Origin: Scyliorhinus canicula
Lineage: Eukaryota
Reading direction: 5' to 3'
Length of the DNA: 64,000 nucleotides
Assembly: GCF_902713615.1 (NCBI RefSeq)
Contig: NC_052161.1
Location: 89,940,236 to 90,004,235 of the forward strand
This document shows, one piece after another, positions 12,115 through 24,752 of this stretch; the stretch's first letter is position 1, and each line of letters opens with the position of its first letter. Made by a program: the position numbers and the translations under genes. The notes under the pieces were generated by a model. That model was not told where the DNA came from. It ran no database searches and worked only from the letters and a program-made list of their open reading frames with translations.

Positions 12115-15100
12115 TGGCAGAGATTCCTCCTCCCCCCCCTCTCTCCTCCTCCCCCCCCTCTCTCCTCCTCCCCCCTCTCTCCTCCTCCCCCCCTCTCTCC
12201 TCCTCCCCCCCCTCTCTCCTCCTCTCCCCCCCTCTCTCCTCCTCTCCCCCCTCTCTCCTCCTCTCCCCCCCTCTCTCCTCCTCTCCCCCCCCTCTCTCCT
12301 CCTCTCCCCCCCTCTCTCCTCCTCTCCCCCCCCTCTCTCCTCCTCTCCCCCCCCTCCTCCTCCCCCCCTCTCTCCTCCTCCTCCCCCCTCCCTCCTCCTC
12401 TCCCCCCCCTCCTCCTCCTCTCCCCCCCCCTCTCTCCTCCTCTCCCCCCCTCTCTCCTCCTCTCCCCCCCTCTCTCCTCCTCTCCCCCCCCCTCTCTCCT
12501 CCTCTCCCCCCCTCTCCTCCTCCCCCCCCTCTCTCCTCCTCCCCCCCCCTCTCTCCTCCTCCTCCCCCCTCTCTCCTCCTCCTCCCCACCTCTCTCCTCC
12601 CCCCCCTCTCCTCCTCCTCCCCCCCTCTCTCCTCCTCCTCCCCCCCTCTCTCCTCCTCCTCCCCCCCTCTCTCCTCCTCCTCCCCCCCCTCTCTCCTCCT
12701 CCCCCCCCTCTCTCCTCCTCCCCCCCTCTCTCCTCCTCCCCCCCCCTCTCTCCTCCTCACCCCCCCTCTCTCCTCCTCCCCCCCTTTCCTTCCTCTGTTA
12801 GGGGGGGGGGGGGTGCGGCGTTAGTGGGGGTGTGGGGGTGCGGCGTTGGAGGGGGGTAGGGGTGGTGAAGGGGGTAGGGGTGGTGAAGGGAGGGGGTTGG
12901 GGTAGGGGCAGCTGCGTGCAGAGGGGGGGCGACGGTGCGTTGGCCCCGGGCATCCGTCGCCCCCCTCCTCAGCACGCCGCTGCCCCTACCCCAACCCCCT
13001 CCCCTCACCACCCCTACCCCCTTCACCACCCCTACCCCACTCCAACGCCGCAGCCACCCCCCACTAACGCCGCACCCCCCCCCCACTAACGGAGGAAGGA
13101 AGGGGGGGAGGAGGAAGGAAGGGGGGGAGGAGGAAGGAAGGGGGGGAGGAGGAAGGAAGGGGGGGAGGAGGAGAGAGGGGGGGGGGTGTGGGTACCGGCC
13201 TTCAGAGGGAGGGGGACGGGGTGTGGGTTGCGGCGTTGAGGGTGGGGGGTGCCGGCGTTGAGGGGGGGGGGGGACCCGGCGTTGAGGGGGGGACCCGGCG
13301 TTGAGGGGGGGGGGGGTTGCGGCGTTGCGAGAGATGGGGGGCGGCGTTGGAGGGGGGTAGGGGTGGTGGGGAGGGGGGTAGGGGCGTTGGAGGGAGGTAG
13401 GGGTGGTGAGGGGGGGGGGTGGTTAGGGTAGGGGGCAGCGGCGTACAGAGGGGGGGGGGGCGACGGTGCGTTGGCCCCGGGCATCCGTCGCCCCCCCCTC
13501 TCTGCCCGCCGCTGCCCCCAAACCCCCCCGATGGCCGCAACTCCCCCGATGGCCGCAACCCACTCCCCCGATGCCCGCAACCCCCCGATGCCGCAACCCA
13601 CCCCCCCCGATGGCCGCAACCCACTCCCCCGATGGCCGCAACCCACTCCCCCGATGGCCGCAACCCCCCGATGCCGCAACCCACCCCCCCCGATGGCCGC
13701 AACCCACTCCCCCGATGGCCGCAACCCACTCCCCCGATGGCCGCAACCCACTCCCCCGATGGCCGCAACCCCCCGATGCCGCAACCCACCCCCCCCGATG
13801 GCCGCAACCCACTCCCCCAATGGCCGCAACCCACTCCCCCGATGGCCGCAACCCACTCCCCCGATGGCCGCTACCCACTCCCCCGATGGCCGCAACCCAC
13901 TCCCCCGATGGCCGCTACCCACTCCCCCGATGGCCGCAACCCACTCCCCCGATGGCCGCTCCCCACCCCCCCGATGGCCGCACCCCCCCCCCCCGATGGC
14001 CGCAACCCACCCCCCCGATGGCCGCAACCCACTCCCCCGATGGCCGCAACCCCCTCCCCCGATGGCCGCAACCCACTCCCCCGATGGCCGCAACCCACTC
14101 CCCCGATGGCCGCAACCCACCACCCCCCCGATGCTGCAACCCACTCCCCCGATGGCCGCAACCCCCCGATGGCCGCAACCCACCCCCCCCCCAATGCCTC
14201 AACCCACCCCCGACACTGAACGGCGTCAACCATCATCAATGGTTGACGCCGTTTTAAATCAACTGTGATATTCGCCGACGTGACCCGTGGCTACCCCTAC
14301 CCCACTCCAACGCCGCAGCCACCCCCCACTAACGCCGCACCCCCCCCCCCACTAACGGAGGAAGGAAGGGGGGGAGGAGGAAGGAAGGGGGGGAGGAGGA
14401 AGGAAGGGGGGGAGGAGGAAGGAAGGGGGGGAGGAGGAGAGAGGGGGGGGGGTGTGGGTACCGGCCTTCAGAGGGAGGGGGACGGGGTGTGGGTTGCGGC
14501 GTTGAGGGTGGGGGGTGCCGGCGTTGAGGGGGGGGGGGGACCCGGCGTTGAGGGGGGGGGACCCGGCGTTGAGGGGGGGGGTTGCGGCGTTGCGAGAGAT
14601 GGGGGGGCGGCGTTGGAGGGGGGTAGGGGTGGTGGGGAGGGGGGTAGGGGCGTTGGAGGGAGGTAGGGGTGGTGAGGGGGGGGGTGGTTAGGGTAGGGGG
14701 CAGCGGCGTACAGAGGGGGGGGGCGACGGTGCGTTGGCCCCGGGCATCCGTCGCCCCCCCCCTCTCTGCCCGCCGCTGCCCCCAAACACCCCGATGGCCG
14801 CAACTCCCCCGATGGCCGCAACCCACTCCCCCGATGCCCGCAACCCCCCGATGCCGCAACCCACCCCCCCCGATGGCCGCAACCCACTCTCCCGATGGCC
14901 GCAACCCACTCCCCCGATGGCCGCAACCCCCCGATGCCGCAACCCACCCCCCCCGACGGCCGCACCCCACCCCCCCGATGGCCGCAACCCCCCCCCCCGA
15001 TGGCCGCAACCCACTCCCCCGATGGCCGCAACCCCCCGATGCCGCAACCCACCCCCCCCCGATGGCCGCAACCCACTCCCCCGATGGCCGCAACCCACTC

Positions 15101-17456
15101 CCCCGATGGCCGCAACCCACTCCCCCGATGGCCGCAACCCACTCCCCGATGGCCGCAGCCCCCCGATGCCGCAACCCACCCCCCCCGATGGCCGCAACCC
15201 ACTCCCCCGATGGCCGCAACCCACTCCCCCGATGGCCGCAACCCACTCCCCCGATGGCCGCAACCCACTCCCCCGATGGCCGCAACCCCCCGATGCCGCA
15301 ACCCACCCCCCCCGATGGCCGCAACCCACTCCCCCGATGGCCGCAACCCACTCCCCCGATGGCCGCAACCCCCCGATGCCGCAACCCACCCCCCCCGATG
15401 GCCGCAACCCACTCCCCCGATGGCCGCAACCCACTCCCCCGATGGCCGCAACCCACTCCCCCGATGGCCGCAACCCCCCGACGCCGCAACCCACCCCCCC
15501 CGATGGCCGCAACCCACTCCCCCGATGGCCGCAACCCACTCCCCCGATGGCCGCAACCCACTCCCCCGATGGCCGCAACCCACTCCCCCGATGGCCGCTA
15601 CCCACTCCCCCTATGGCCGCAACCCACTCCCCCGATGGCCGCTACCCACTCCCCCGATGGCCGCAACCCACTCCCCCGATGGCCGCTACCCACTCCCCCG
15701 ATGGCCGCAACCCCCTCCCCCGATGGCCGCAACCCACTCCCCCGATGGCCGCAACCCACTCCCCCGATGGCCGCAACCCCCTCCCCCGATGGCCGCAACC
15801 CACTCCCCCGATGGCCGCAACCCACTCCCCCGATGGCCGCAACCCACCCCCCCCCGATGCTGCAACCCACTCCCCCGATGGCCGCAACCCCCCGATGGCC
15901 GCAACCCACCCCCCCCCCCCCCCCAATGCCTCAACCCACCCCCGACACTGAACGGCGTCAACCATCATCAATGGTTGACGCCGTTTTAAATCAACTGTGA
16001 TTTTCGCCGACGTGACCCGTGGCCACCCCTACCCCACTCCAACGCCGCAGCCACCCCCCACTAACGCCGCACCCCCCCCCCCCACTAACGGAGGAAGGAA
16101 GGGGGGGAGGAGGAAGGAAGGGGGGGAGGAGGAAGGAAGGGGGGGAGGAGGAAGGAAGGGGGGGAGGAGGAGAGAGGGGGGGGGTGTGGGTACCGGCCTT
16201 CAGAGGGAGGGGGACGGGGTGTGGGTTGCGGCGTTGAGGGTGGGGGGTGCCGGCGTTGAGGGGGGGGGACCCGGCGTTGAGGGGGGGGGGGGACCCGGCG
16301 TTGAGGGGGGGGGTTGCGGCGTTGCGAGAGATGGGGGGCGGCGTTGGAGGGGGGTAGGGGTGGTGGGGAGGGGGGTAGGGGCGTTGGAGGGAGGTAGGGG
16401 TGGTGAGGGGGGGGTGGTTAGGGTAGGGGGCAGCGGCGTACAGAGGGGGGGGGGCGACGGTGCGTTGGCCCCGGGCATCCGTCGCCCCCCCCTCTCTGCC
16501 CGCCGCTGCCCCCAACCCCCCCCGATGGCCGCAACTCCCCCGATGGCCGCAACCCACTCCCCCGATGCCCGCAACCCCCCGATGCCGCAACCCACCCCCC
16601 CCCGATGGCCGCAACCCACTCTCCCGATGGCCGCAACCCACTCCCCCGATGGCCGCAACCCCCCGATGCCGCAACCCACCCCCCCCGATGGCCGCAACCC
16701 ACTCCCCCGATGGCCGCACCCCACTCCCCCGATGGCCGCAACCCACTCCCCCGATGGCCGCAACCCCCCGATGCCGCAACCCACCCCCCCCGATGGCCGC
16801 AACCCACTCCCCCGATGGCCGCCACCCACTCCCCCGATGGCCGCAACCCACTCCCCCGATGGCCGCAACCCACTCCCCCGATGGCCGCAACCCCCCGATG
16901 CCGCAACCCACTCCCCCGATGGCCGCAACCCACTCCCCCGATGGCCGCAACCCACCCCCCCCCGATGCTGCAACCCACTCCCCCGATGGCCGCAACCCCC
17001 TCCCCCGATGGCCGCAACCCACTCCCCCGATGGCCGCAACCCACTCCCCCGATGGCCGCAACCCACCCCCCCCCCGATGCTGCAACCCACTCCCCCGATG
17101 GCCGCAACCCCCCGATGGCCGCAACCCACCCCCCCCCCCCCAATGCCTCAACCCACCCCCGACACTGAACGGCGTCAACCATCATCAATGGTTGACGCCG
17201 TTTTAAATCAACTGTGATTTTCGCCGACGTGACCCATGGCCACGTCGGCGGGACTTCGGCCCATCCGGGCCGGAGATTTCAGGTCAGTGCTAATAAAATG
17301 AAATCCCGCCGGCGCCAGCTGTTTTCACAGGCTGCCGACGGGATTTGCACAACGCCGGTTTTTTACCGGCGGGAGAATTCGAAAACCTGCGGGAGCGGAA
17401 ATGACGCCGCTTCCCGCCAATTCTCCGACCCTGCGTGGGGTCGGAGAATCCCGCCC
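12115..17456. repeat. G/C-rich composite macrosatellite: three higher-order units (about 1266, 1732 and 1217 bp) containing 22-bp GATGGCCGCAACCCACTCCCCC arrays
   Basis: GGTACCGGCC recurs at 13191, 14457 and 16189. A 15-bp-stem hairpin recurs at 14219, 15951 and 17168. The right end resembles the MITE TIR. Confidence 0.88.
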
Positions 17457-20179
17457 ATGGAGAGAGATACGGAGGGAGATACGGTGAGACAGTGAAAGAG
17501 AGAGACAAAGTCAGAGAGACAGAGATGGATGGAGAGAGACAGAGGTGCGTGTTTGATGTTCGATGTCTCGCAAGGAATCTACCAAACAATTTGCCTTGAC
17601 CAAACCAGGATCTTTATTGAATCACACATTGTAAGATAATGATCTGTTGCAGATAATGATCTGTTATCATGGAGTTTCTGTGTACTCCTCTGGAACTACC
17701 CTCACACGACTGTCTACTTGTACGTCTTATAACCATCTGAATATAGCCGTAGGTGCCCCCACTTATATTGGAGTCCCTTGTCACATGACACCTGTCTTGA
17801 GCCAGCATGGTGTGTCTGTACCGCCACCTGCTGGTTGGAGGTCACACCACCAGCCATCACACATCCCCCTTCCTCAGCAAATATTAAGGTTTTGTTTACA
17901 ATCACATTAGTCCTTTAACTTTATTCATTCATGATATGCCTAACAATGTGAATAAGTTTAACAAGGGTCTCCAGAAACATGATATGCCTGGCCAATGTCC
18001 GTCTCTTTCACACATGTCATTGTGCTCCTCTTGCCATAACGTTGCTTGCAGTTTGCTGCTTCTCTTTGTTTCTGTTTCTGGTTTGTTAATGGGATTAGCT
18101 AGGTCTCCCAGTCTTCTCCTATTCCTTCTCTTTGTTCTGAGGATGGAATGATGCAGTTTCTTGTGTTGGACTTGGCTGCCTCTGGGTCGGTGCTGGTCTT
18201 CACCCTGTGCTCGGAGGTCTGCAGAGTTTCAGGTGGACCCTGAGGGGGTCATCACTGGGCTGTGTGACCACATCCACTTCTGCGGCCTCCATGGACTGTA
18301 GGAGCGTCACGGTTTCTGGTGCTTGGGTGGAGACTGCAACTGCGGCAACAGGTGCCACCCCTTCTTGGCTCACTGGAACATCACTTAAACGCTCTTCTTC
18401 ACTCGAGATTACAATGCTCTCTGGCCATGATGATCCAGGCGTTGGGTGACCTTGGCCAAATTCAAGAATGTAGAAGTAATCTGTTGTTGCGTAATGAGAT
18501 TGGCGTCAGCTCCTCCTCTGGGTCACTTTCGGAGTCGCCAATCACTTCAACATCTGAGTTACTGTCTGCATTTTCATCATCCATGTCTTCCCATTCATCG
18601 TCAGTGTCCTCAAGGAGCTTCACTGCTTCAGCCCTGGAGTCGTCAAACTCTCCAACACCAGAATTGCCATTGCTGCAGGCTGCCACCGGAAGTCCCTTCC
18701 ACCCCCCCCCCCCCCCCCCCCCCCCCTCGGTGGTCCATTAAAGTTGATGAAAGAGAAGTTTCAAAAACCAACAAAGAGTTAAATCCTCAACGTTGGATTA
18801 CGGGTCCATATTTCTGGAAAGACTCACAGGGGTTTGTCCGGTAGCCCAAGAGAATTTAAAGGTTTCGGGAGTAAGAATGAAAATGTGGGTGGACAAACCT
18901 GGCAGGTCCAGAACATTCCAGACTGGAGATGAGGTATTCGCATTGTTGCCTTTGCAAGACGAAGCTCTGAAAGTGAATTTCAGCGGCCCCTATAAGGTCG
19001 TTAGGAGAGTGACTTATCTAATGGATCCTCCAGACAGGAGGAAGAAGGACCGATTATTCCATATAAACATGTTGAAGAAATATCACCAATGGGAAGAAGA
19101 TAGGAAGGAACCAGTGTGTCAGGTGGTGGAAGTGGTGAAGGAGGACAGAGATAGCAATAGTGAGGTAGGGGATGAGGTCGACAGTTCACTGAACAACCCT
19201 CCTATCGATTAATAGCAAATACGATAATACTGGAACAGACTTTTAAAAATATTTTTATTAACGCCTTACATTTTTACACTGTACATAAAGATAAAGGAGA
19301 CGGTTACAGTTTACATTTTGTTCCTTTTCGCACCCCCCTCCCTCCCACTTTCCCATAATATTCTTGTTGGATGGCCTGATTTATATTACAAGAACACTTG
19401 TAGCTAAAGCTATAATGATTCATCAACATTAACTGTTGGTCAAATATGTACAAAACAACACATAACAGAATTAACATGCACAAGCAACCTCTCTCTCAGC
19501 TTCCTCGTCGGTCTGAGGTCACCTGACTCTAACATTCACTTATATATTAATGAGGCTCCTGGTGGTTAGTCGGTGAATTACAACACAACCATGATATCAC
19601 TACATTCGAGAGTTCTAGTTTCTCCAGTCAGCTCTTCTGGGGTCGCAAGTCTGTTCTCCGTGGAAAAGTCCCTAACATCAGTGTTCCACACCCACCCGTC
19701 CTGTGTCCACCTCTTAAAGGTGTCGTCTATCATGCCTGGTGGAAACCTGTGGTTGCCGCAGATGGGGGCCATGGTGGACACTTTGCTCAGGACGAAGTGC
19801 TGCCTCATCTGGTTTCAGGTTCTCAGTGTTGCTATTACCACTGGGCTGGTTGAGTGTTTTGCTGGCAGGGATGGGAGCGCTATCATATCGTTCCTGTACA
19901 AGAGGACTCTTCCATCCTCACCCATTCCATGTTTGGTTCCTTCACCCATCCCCTCACTCTCTCGGCCGTGGCTGCCCAGTGGTACTATTGTACGTTCGGG
20001 AGGGCCGGGCCACTCATGCTTCTTCTCCTTTGCCGTGTTGTTTTAGGGATTCTTGGATTCTTCCCCCCAATGCAAACACCAGAATCATTTTGTCTATTAC
20101 TTGGGAAAAGGCTTTGGGATGTAGATTCATATGTTCTGAACAGGCAGAGGAACTTGTGCAATACGTTCATCTTGATTTT

Positions 20180-20528
20180 GGGCAGCACGGTAGCATAGTG
20201 GTTAGCACAATTGCTTCACAGCTCCAGGGTCCCAGGTTCGATTCCCGGCTTGGGTCACTGCCTGAGCAGAGTCTGTACGTTCTCCCCGTGTCTGCGTGGG
20301 TTTCCTCCGGGTGCTCCGGTTTCCTCCCACAGTGCAAAGATGTGCAGGTTAGGCACATTGGCCTTGCTAAATTGCCCTTAGTGTCCAAAATTGCCCTTAG
20401 TGTTGAGTGGGGTTAATGGGTTATGGGGATAGGGTGGAGGTGTGGGCTTGGGTAGGGCACAAGAGCCGGTGCAAACTCGATGGGCCGAATGTCCTCCTTC
20501 TGCACTGTAAATTCTATGAAATCTATGA
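20180..20528 (+). mobile_element. HE1-type SINE variant
   Basis: Same head and core as 3070-3414 with a different tail ending ttctatgaaatctatga. Confidence 0.88.
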
Positions 20529-20701
20529 TCGTCTGCACCCTCCCCACCAGGGAGAGTGGGAGTGCACCCCATCTCTGTAGGTCCGTTTAACTTCCTCCGC
20601 AGGACCGGTCAGGTTCCACTTGTGGATCTGTGTCCAGTCCTGGGCTGTCTGGATCCCCAGGCAGCAGAATTTGTTTTGGGCTAGTTTAAATGGTAGACCC
20701 T

Positions 20702-20960
20702 TGATGCACGATCAATAACCCTCGAAGCGAGATTTGAGTACAATTGAAGGCTTTATTGGACTATATGTTTTCCCCAGCAGTGCAGTAAGAATGCAGCAGC
20801 TAGGGAGACACAGAGTCTTATACTCCGCCTTACTGGGCGGAACCAGCAGGCAGGCTTCACCAATGGTCTTACAGTATCAGGTACCTCCAACGCCAATGGT
20901 CTTACAGCACCGGGTACCTCCAACGTAGGTACCGTAATACCCCTAATACCGACTACCACA
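20702..20960 (-). mobile_element. Solo LTR-like sequence related to the LTR at 55919
   Basis: The reverse strand starts tgtggtagtcggtattagggg and ends attgatcgtgcatca, resembling both ends of the 55919/62027 LTR. No clean TSD. Confidence 0.6.
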
Positions 20961-22371
20961 TCCGTCCAGCTCTGCTCATCCCCGTCTCTTTGCCCAGGTT
21001 GTGATTGTAGCCCAAGAAAGATCTGAACGCTCCCAGATGCTTCTTGATTTCTTTCAGGCTGTTCTGTGGGTCCGAGATGTAAAGGAGCAAATCAACAAGA
21101 TAGAGTGAGATTCTGTTTTCTTAGCCTGCTCTTCGGATTTCCATCCAGCCTCGCGCTGCTCTGAGGGTGGTCGTCAGCGGCTTAATTGCTCGGACGAACA
21201 GGAGCAGGACAACGGGCATCCCTACCTTGTGCCTCAGTGCAACTGGAAGTATTCCGAGCTTGTGGTGTTGACCGAATGCTCAGCTTGGTGACGTTGTACA
21301 GCAGTGTGAACCAGAAGGTGAACCCTGACCCTTGCACAAACCTCTCCAGTACCTCAATGAGTTACTTCCACTCACTCTGTCGATGGCCTTTTCTGCGTCC
21401 AGGGAAACAATCATCTCTTGCGTGCTCTCTCCGGATGGGGTCAGTACCACATTCAGAGTCATCTGATGTTCACAGTTAACTCTATCCTTGACAGTCTGGT
21501 CCTCTGAGACCATCTCTGGTACGCAGTCCTCCAGTCTCTTGGCCTGGACTTTTGCGAGTCCACATTTTTGCGTCCACATTGAGCCGCAAAATGAGTCTGT
21601 ATGATCAGCATTTCGTCGGGTCTTTGTTTTTTATAGGTATCTGCAAAATGGTGGCATGTGTTAGCATTGGACGCAGGGTGCCCCTCGCTCGCGAGTCTAC
21701 ATTTCCCACAGGCGCAGGGTGAGAGCCAACATGAATTTTTGTGGAAGTTTGCTGAGAACCCATTGGGACCTGGCTCCTTCCCCGCCTACATGTAACTGAT
21801 TCTTTCCATGACTCTCCCAGTTCTATTGGTGCTTCCAGCTCCTCCACCTGTCATCCTCACAACTGGCATGTCCAGTCCATCAAGGAACTGTTTCATTCCC
21901 AGGTCCCCGTCGGGGGGCTTGGAGGTGTACAGTAGAAGGCCTCAAAAGCTTTGTTGACCTTTTTTTGGTTTGGCTACCAGTCCTAGGTTATCCTTCACCT
22001 GCGCTATTTCCTTTGTGGTTGCTTGCTTTCTCAGCTGGTGAGTCAGCAGGCAGCTAGACTTCTCTTCATGTTCATAGACAGCCCCCCCGCATCTGGCGGA
22101 GTTGGTGTACTGCCTTCCTGGTGGATCGCAGGTTAAAGCCCATTTGTAGGTTTTTCCTCTCCGCCAGAAGGTCTAGGGTCGGGGCCTTGGAGTATCTTCT
22201 GTTGACCTCCAGGATGGATTTGATCAGTTGCTGCCTGGCTGCCATCTCTTCCCTGTCACTAGGTGCCTTGTCGGCAATAATTCCTCCCCTAATCACAGCC
22301 TTCAGTGCCTCCCAGAACATGGAAGGTGAGACTTCCCCGAATACTGGAACAGTTAGACTCTGGGTTTGCAT

Positions 22372-23025
22372 ACTTAGAACATAGAACATTACAGCGCAGT
22401 ACAGGCCCTTCGGCCCTCGATGTTGCGCCGTCCTGTGAAACCCCTCTAAAGTCCCTCTACACTATTCCCTTATCGTCCATATGCCTATCCAATGACCATT
22501 TGAATGAGTTTGGTGTTGGCGAGTCCACTACTGTTGCAGGCAGGGCATTCCACACCCTTACTACTCTCTATCTCCCCTCAATTTAAAGCTATGTCCCCTC
22601 ATGCTGGACATCACCATCCGAGGAAAAAGGCTCTCAATGTCCACCCTATCTAATCCTCTGATCATCTTGTATGCCTCAATTAAGTCACCTCTTAACCTTC
22701 TTCTCTCTAATGAAAACAGCCTCAAGTCCTTCAGCCTTTCGTCATAAGATCTTCCCTCCATACCAGGCAACATCCTTGTAAATCTCCTCTGTACCCTTTC
22801 CAATGCTTCCACATCCTTCCTATAATGTGGCGACCAGAACTGCACTCAATACTCCAAATGCGGCCGCACCAGAGTTTTGTACAACTGCAACATGACCTCA
22901 TGGCTCCGAAACTCAATTCCTCTACCAATAAAAGCTAACACACCGTACGCCTTCTTAACAAGCCTATCAACCTGGGTGGCAACTTTCAGGGATCTATGGA
23001 CATGGACACGAAGATCTCTCTGCTC
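22372..23025 (-). mobile_element. CR1 LINE 3' fragment
   Basis: QFWSPHYRKDVEALERVQRRFTRMLPG...LRGDLIE, with an (ATGTTCT)n tail at about 22375. Confidence 0.9.
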
Positions 23026-24185
23026 TACTTAGAAGTAGAGAAATGAAATGATCTCATGAGGCTACTGCGCAAGCATAAGTGACACACCAGGGTACGCTAT
23101 GTTAACTGACCATAATGTAGACGTAGGTGACTCCAATCCAACTAAACAGCAGCAATATCAACTGAACCCTCAGCAACTAGCTCAGATAGAAGGGGAAATC
23201 CAAAACATGATGGAGAATCAGTTCCATGTAGGCGGAGAAGGCGCCAGGGCCCAATGGGTTCTCGGCAAACTTCTACAAACGTCCACGTTGGCTCTCACCC
23301 CGCACCTGTGGCAAATGTTCGCAGACTCGCAAGCCGAGCAAGAGGAGTTGGGAGTTCACCTGTCATGTTAATACCTAATCCGGATGGGACAACCTGATTC
23401 TGTATAGTTCAGCAGAAGGTGACCAATGCAGACTCCTATCTGATTTCCAGGTTGGAGGGCTGTATCGAGAGGATAGGTAGTGCTCATGCCTTTTGAAAGT
23501 GTATTTATTAAGGAGGTATTGGCAGGTTCCTTTAATGCCCGAGGCAAAATAGATGCCTGCCTATGTATGATGCGGTGGTATTTTACAGCAAAACATGGAA
23601 GGAGCATGCAGGACAAATGGAGGAGTTATTTAAACAACTGGAGTTGGCTCATTTAATCATCAGTTTGGTCAAAAGTGAGTTTGTCAAAGAAAAAGTGACC
23701 TACCTAGGGGACAGGAACGAGTGGTTCATAGAATGGCCATGGCAAGGGCGTTACTAGATTTCCCCGTTCCCCAAACCAAATGGGTGACTTTGAGGTTCTT
23801 AGGCATGTGATAGAAAATTTGTACCTAACAGCGGTACCTTTGACTTGTGTTGCGGAAACAAGCACAATTGGTCTGGTCCGTAGAATGCCAATCAGCGTTT
23901 GAGAAATTGAGAGCCATATTGGTCAGCAAACTAGTGTTGGCCGCCCCTGATTTATCCAAACTCTTTAAAATGGCCACGGATTCCAGTGACCTGGAAGTGG
24001 GGGCAGTGTTACTACAGGATGACGACTCAGGAATAGAGAAGCCGATGGGATACTTTTCAAAAAATTTAATCTGTGCCAAAGAAAGTACTCCACCCTTGAG
24101 AAGGAAGCTTTAGCATTGCTACTAGCCCTTCAGCATTTTGAAGTTTATGTCTGGCATGATAATAAGCAAAGCCTAATCTATACTA

Positions 24186-24534
24186 GGCAGCAGGGTAGCA
24201 TGGTGGTTAGCATAAATGCTTCACAGCTCCAGGGTGCCAGGTTCGATTCCCGGCTGGGTCACTGTCTGTGTGGAGTCTGCACGTCCTCCCCCTGTGTGCG
24301 TGAGTTTCCTCCGGGTGCTCCGGTTTCCTCCCACAGTCCAAAGATGTGCGGGTTAGGTGGATTGGCCATGCTAAATTGCCCGTAGTGTCCTAAAAAAAAG
24401 TTAGGTTAATGGGGGGGGGGGTTGTTGGGTTACGGGTATAGGGTGGATACGTGGGTTTGGGTAGGGTGATCATGGCTCGGCACAACATTGAGGGCCGAAG
24501 GGCCTGTTCTGTGCTGTACTGTTCTATGTTCTAT
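24186..24534 (+). mobile_element. HE1-type SINE inserted in the Gmr1-type RNase H region
   Basis: Near-identical to 3070-3414. Confidence 0.9.
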
Positions 24535-24752
24535 AATCCACTTTTGTTTGTGGAAAAGTTTAAAACCTGGAACCCAAGATTGTTCCATTGGAGTTCATTA
24601 TTGCAACCATTCATATCAAGTTTCGTGAAATGTACTTTGGTAGGAAGAATAAAGAAGCTCAATATTATCTAAATGGTGAAAGACTTCAGAAAGCTGCAGC
24701 ACAGAGGGGTATGTGCATATTCCAGGAAAGAACAATATTATTGCAGGTGCAT

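Larger units (their letters stand above)
19240..22372 (-). mobile_element. Degenerate L1-clade LINE (ORF2 remnants and 3' tail)
   Basis: Motifs FWEALKAVIRGGII, IPIKNKDPTKC and VSLDAEKA(I)DRV. T-rich tail at about 19240. Confidence 0.75.
18770..24600 (+). mobile_element. Degenerate Gmr1-type Gypsy pol (IN upstream of RT/RH), split by nested insertions
   Basis: IN C-terminal GPY-like segment (FSGPYKV...FHINMLK) at 18793-19212. RT/RH remnants resume at about 23030-24600 (DVGDSNP, VTYLG, TDSSDLEVGAVLLQ). Confidence 0.7.

Noticed and set aside
11000-17220. Many long Pro/Gly/Arg-rich ORFs (up to 588 aa)
   Set aside because: They are open in most frames on both strands because the G/C repeats lack stop codons. 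There is no domain signal.
12115-17456. Immunoglobulin switch-like region
   Set aside because: It is G-rich and repetitive, but there are no Ig segments in the window and it ends in a transposon-like TIR.
17590-18700. Acidic ORF 18462-18686 (-) and adjacent sequence
   Set aside because: It is probably a decayed transposon N-terminus. Stops follow, no catalytic motif is visible, and I cannot assign a family.
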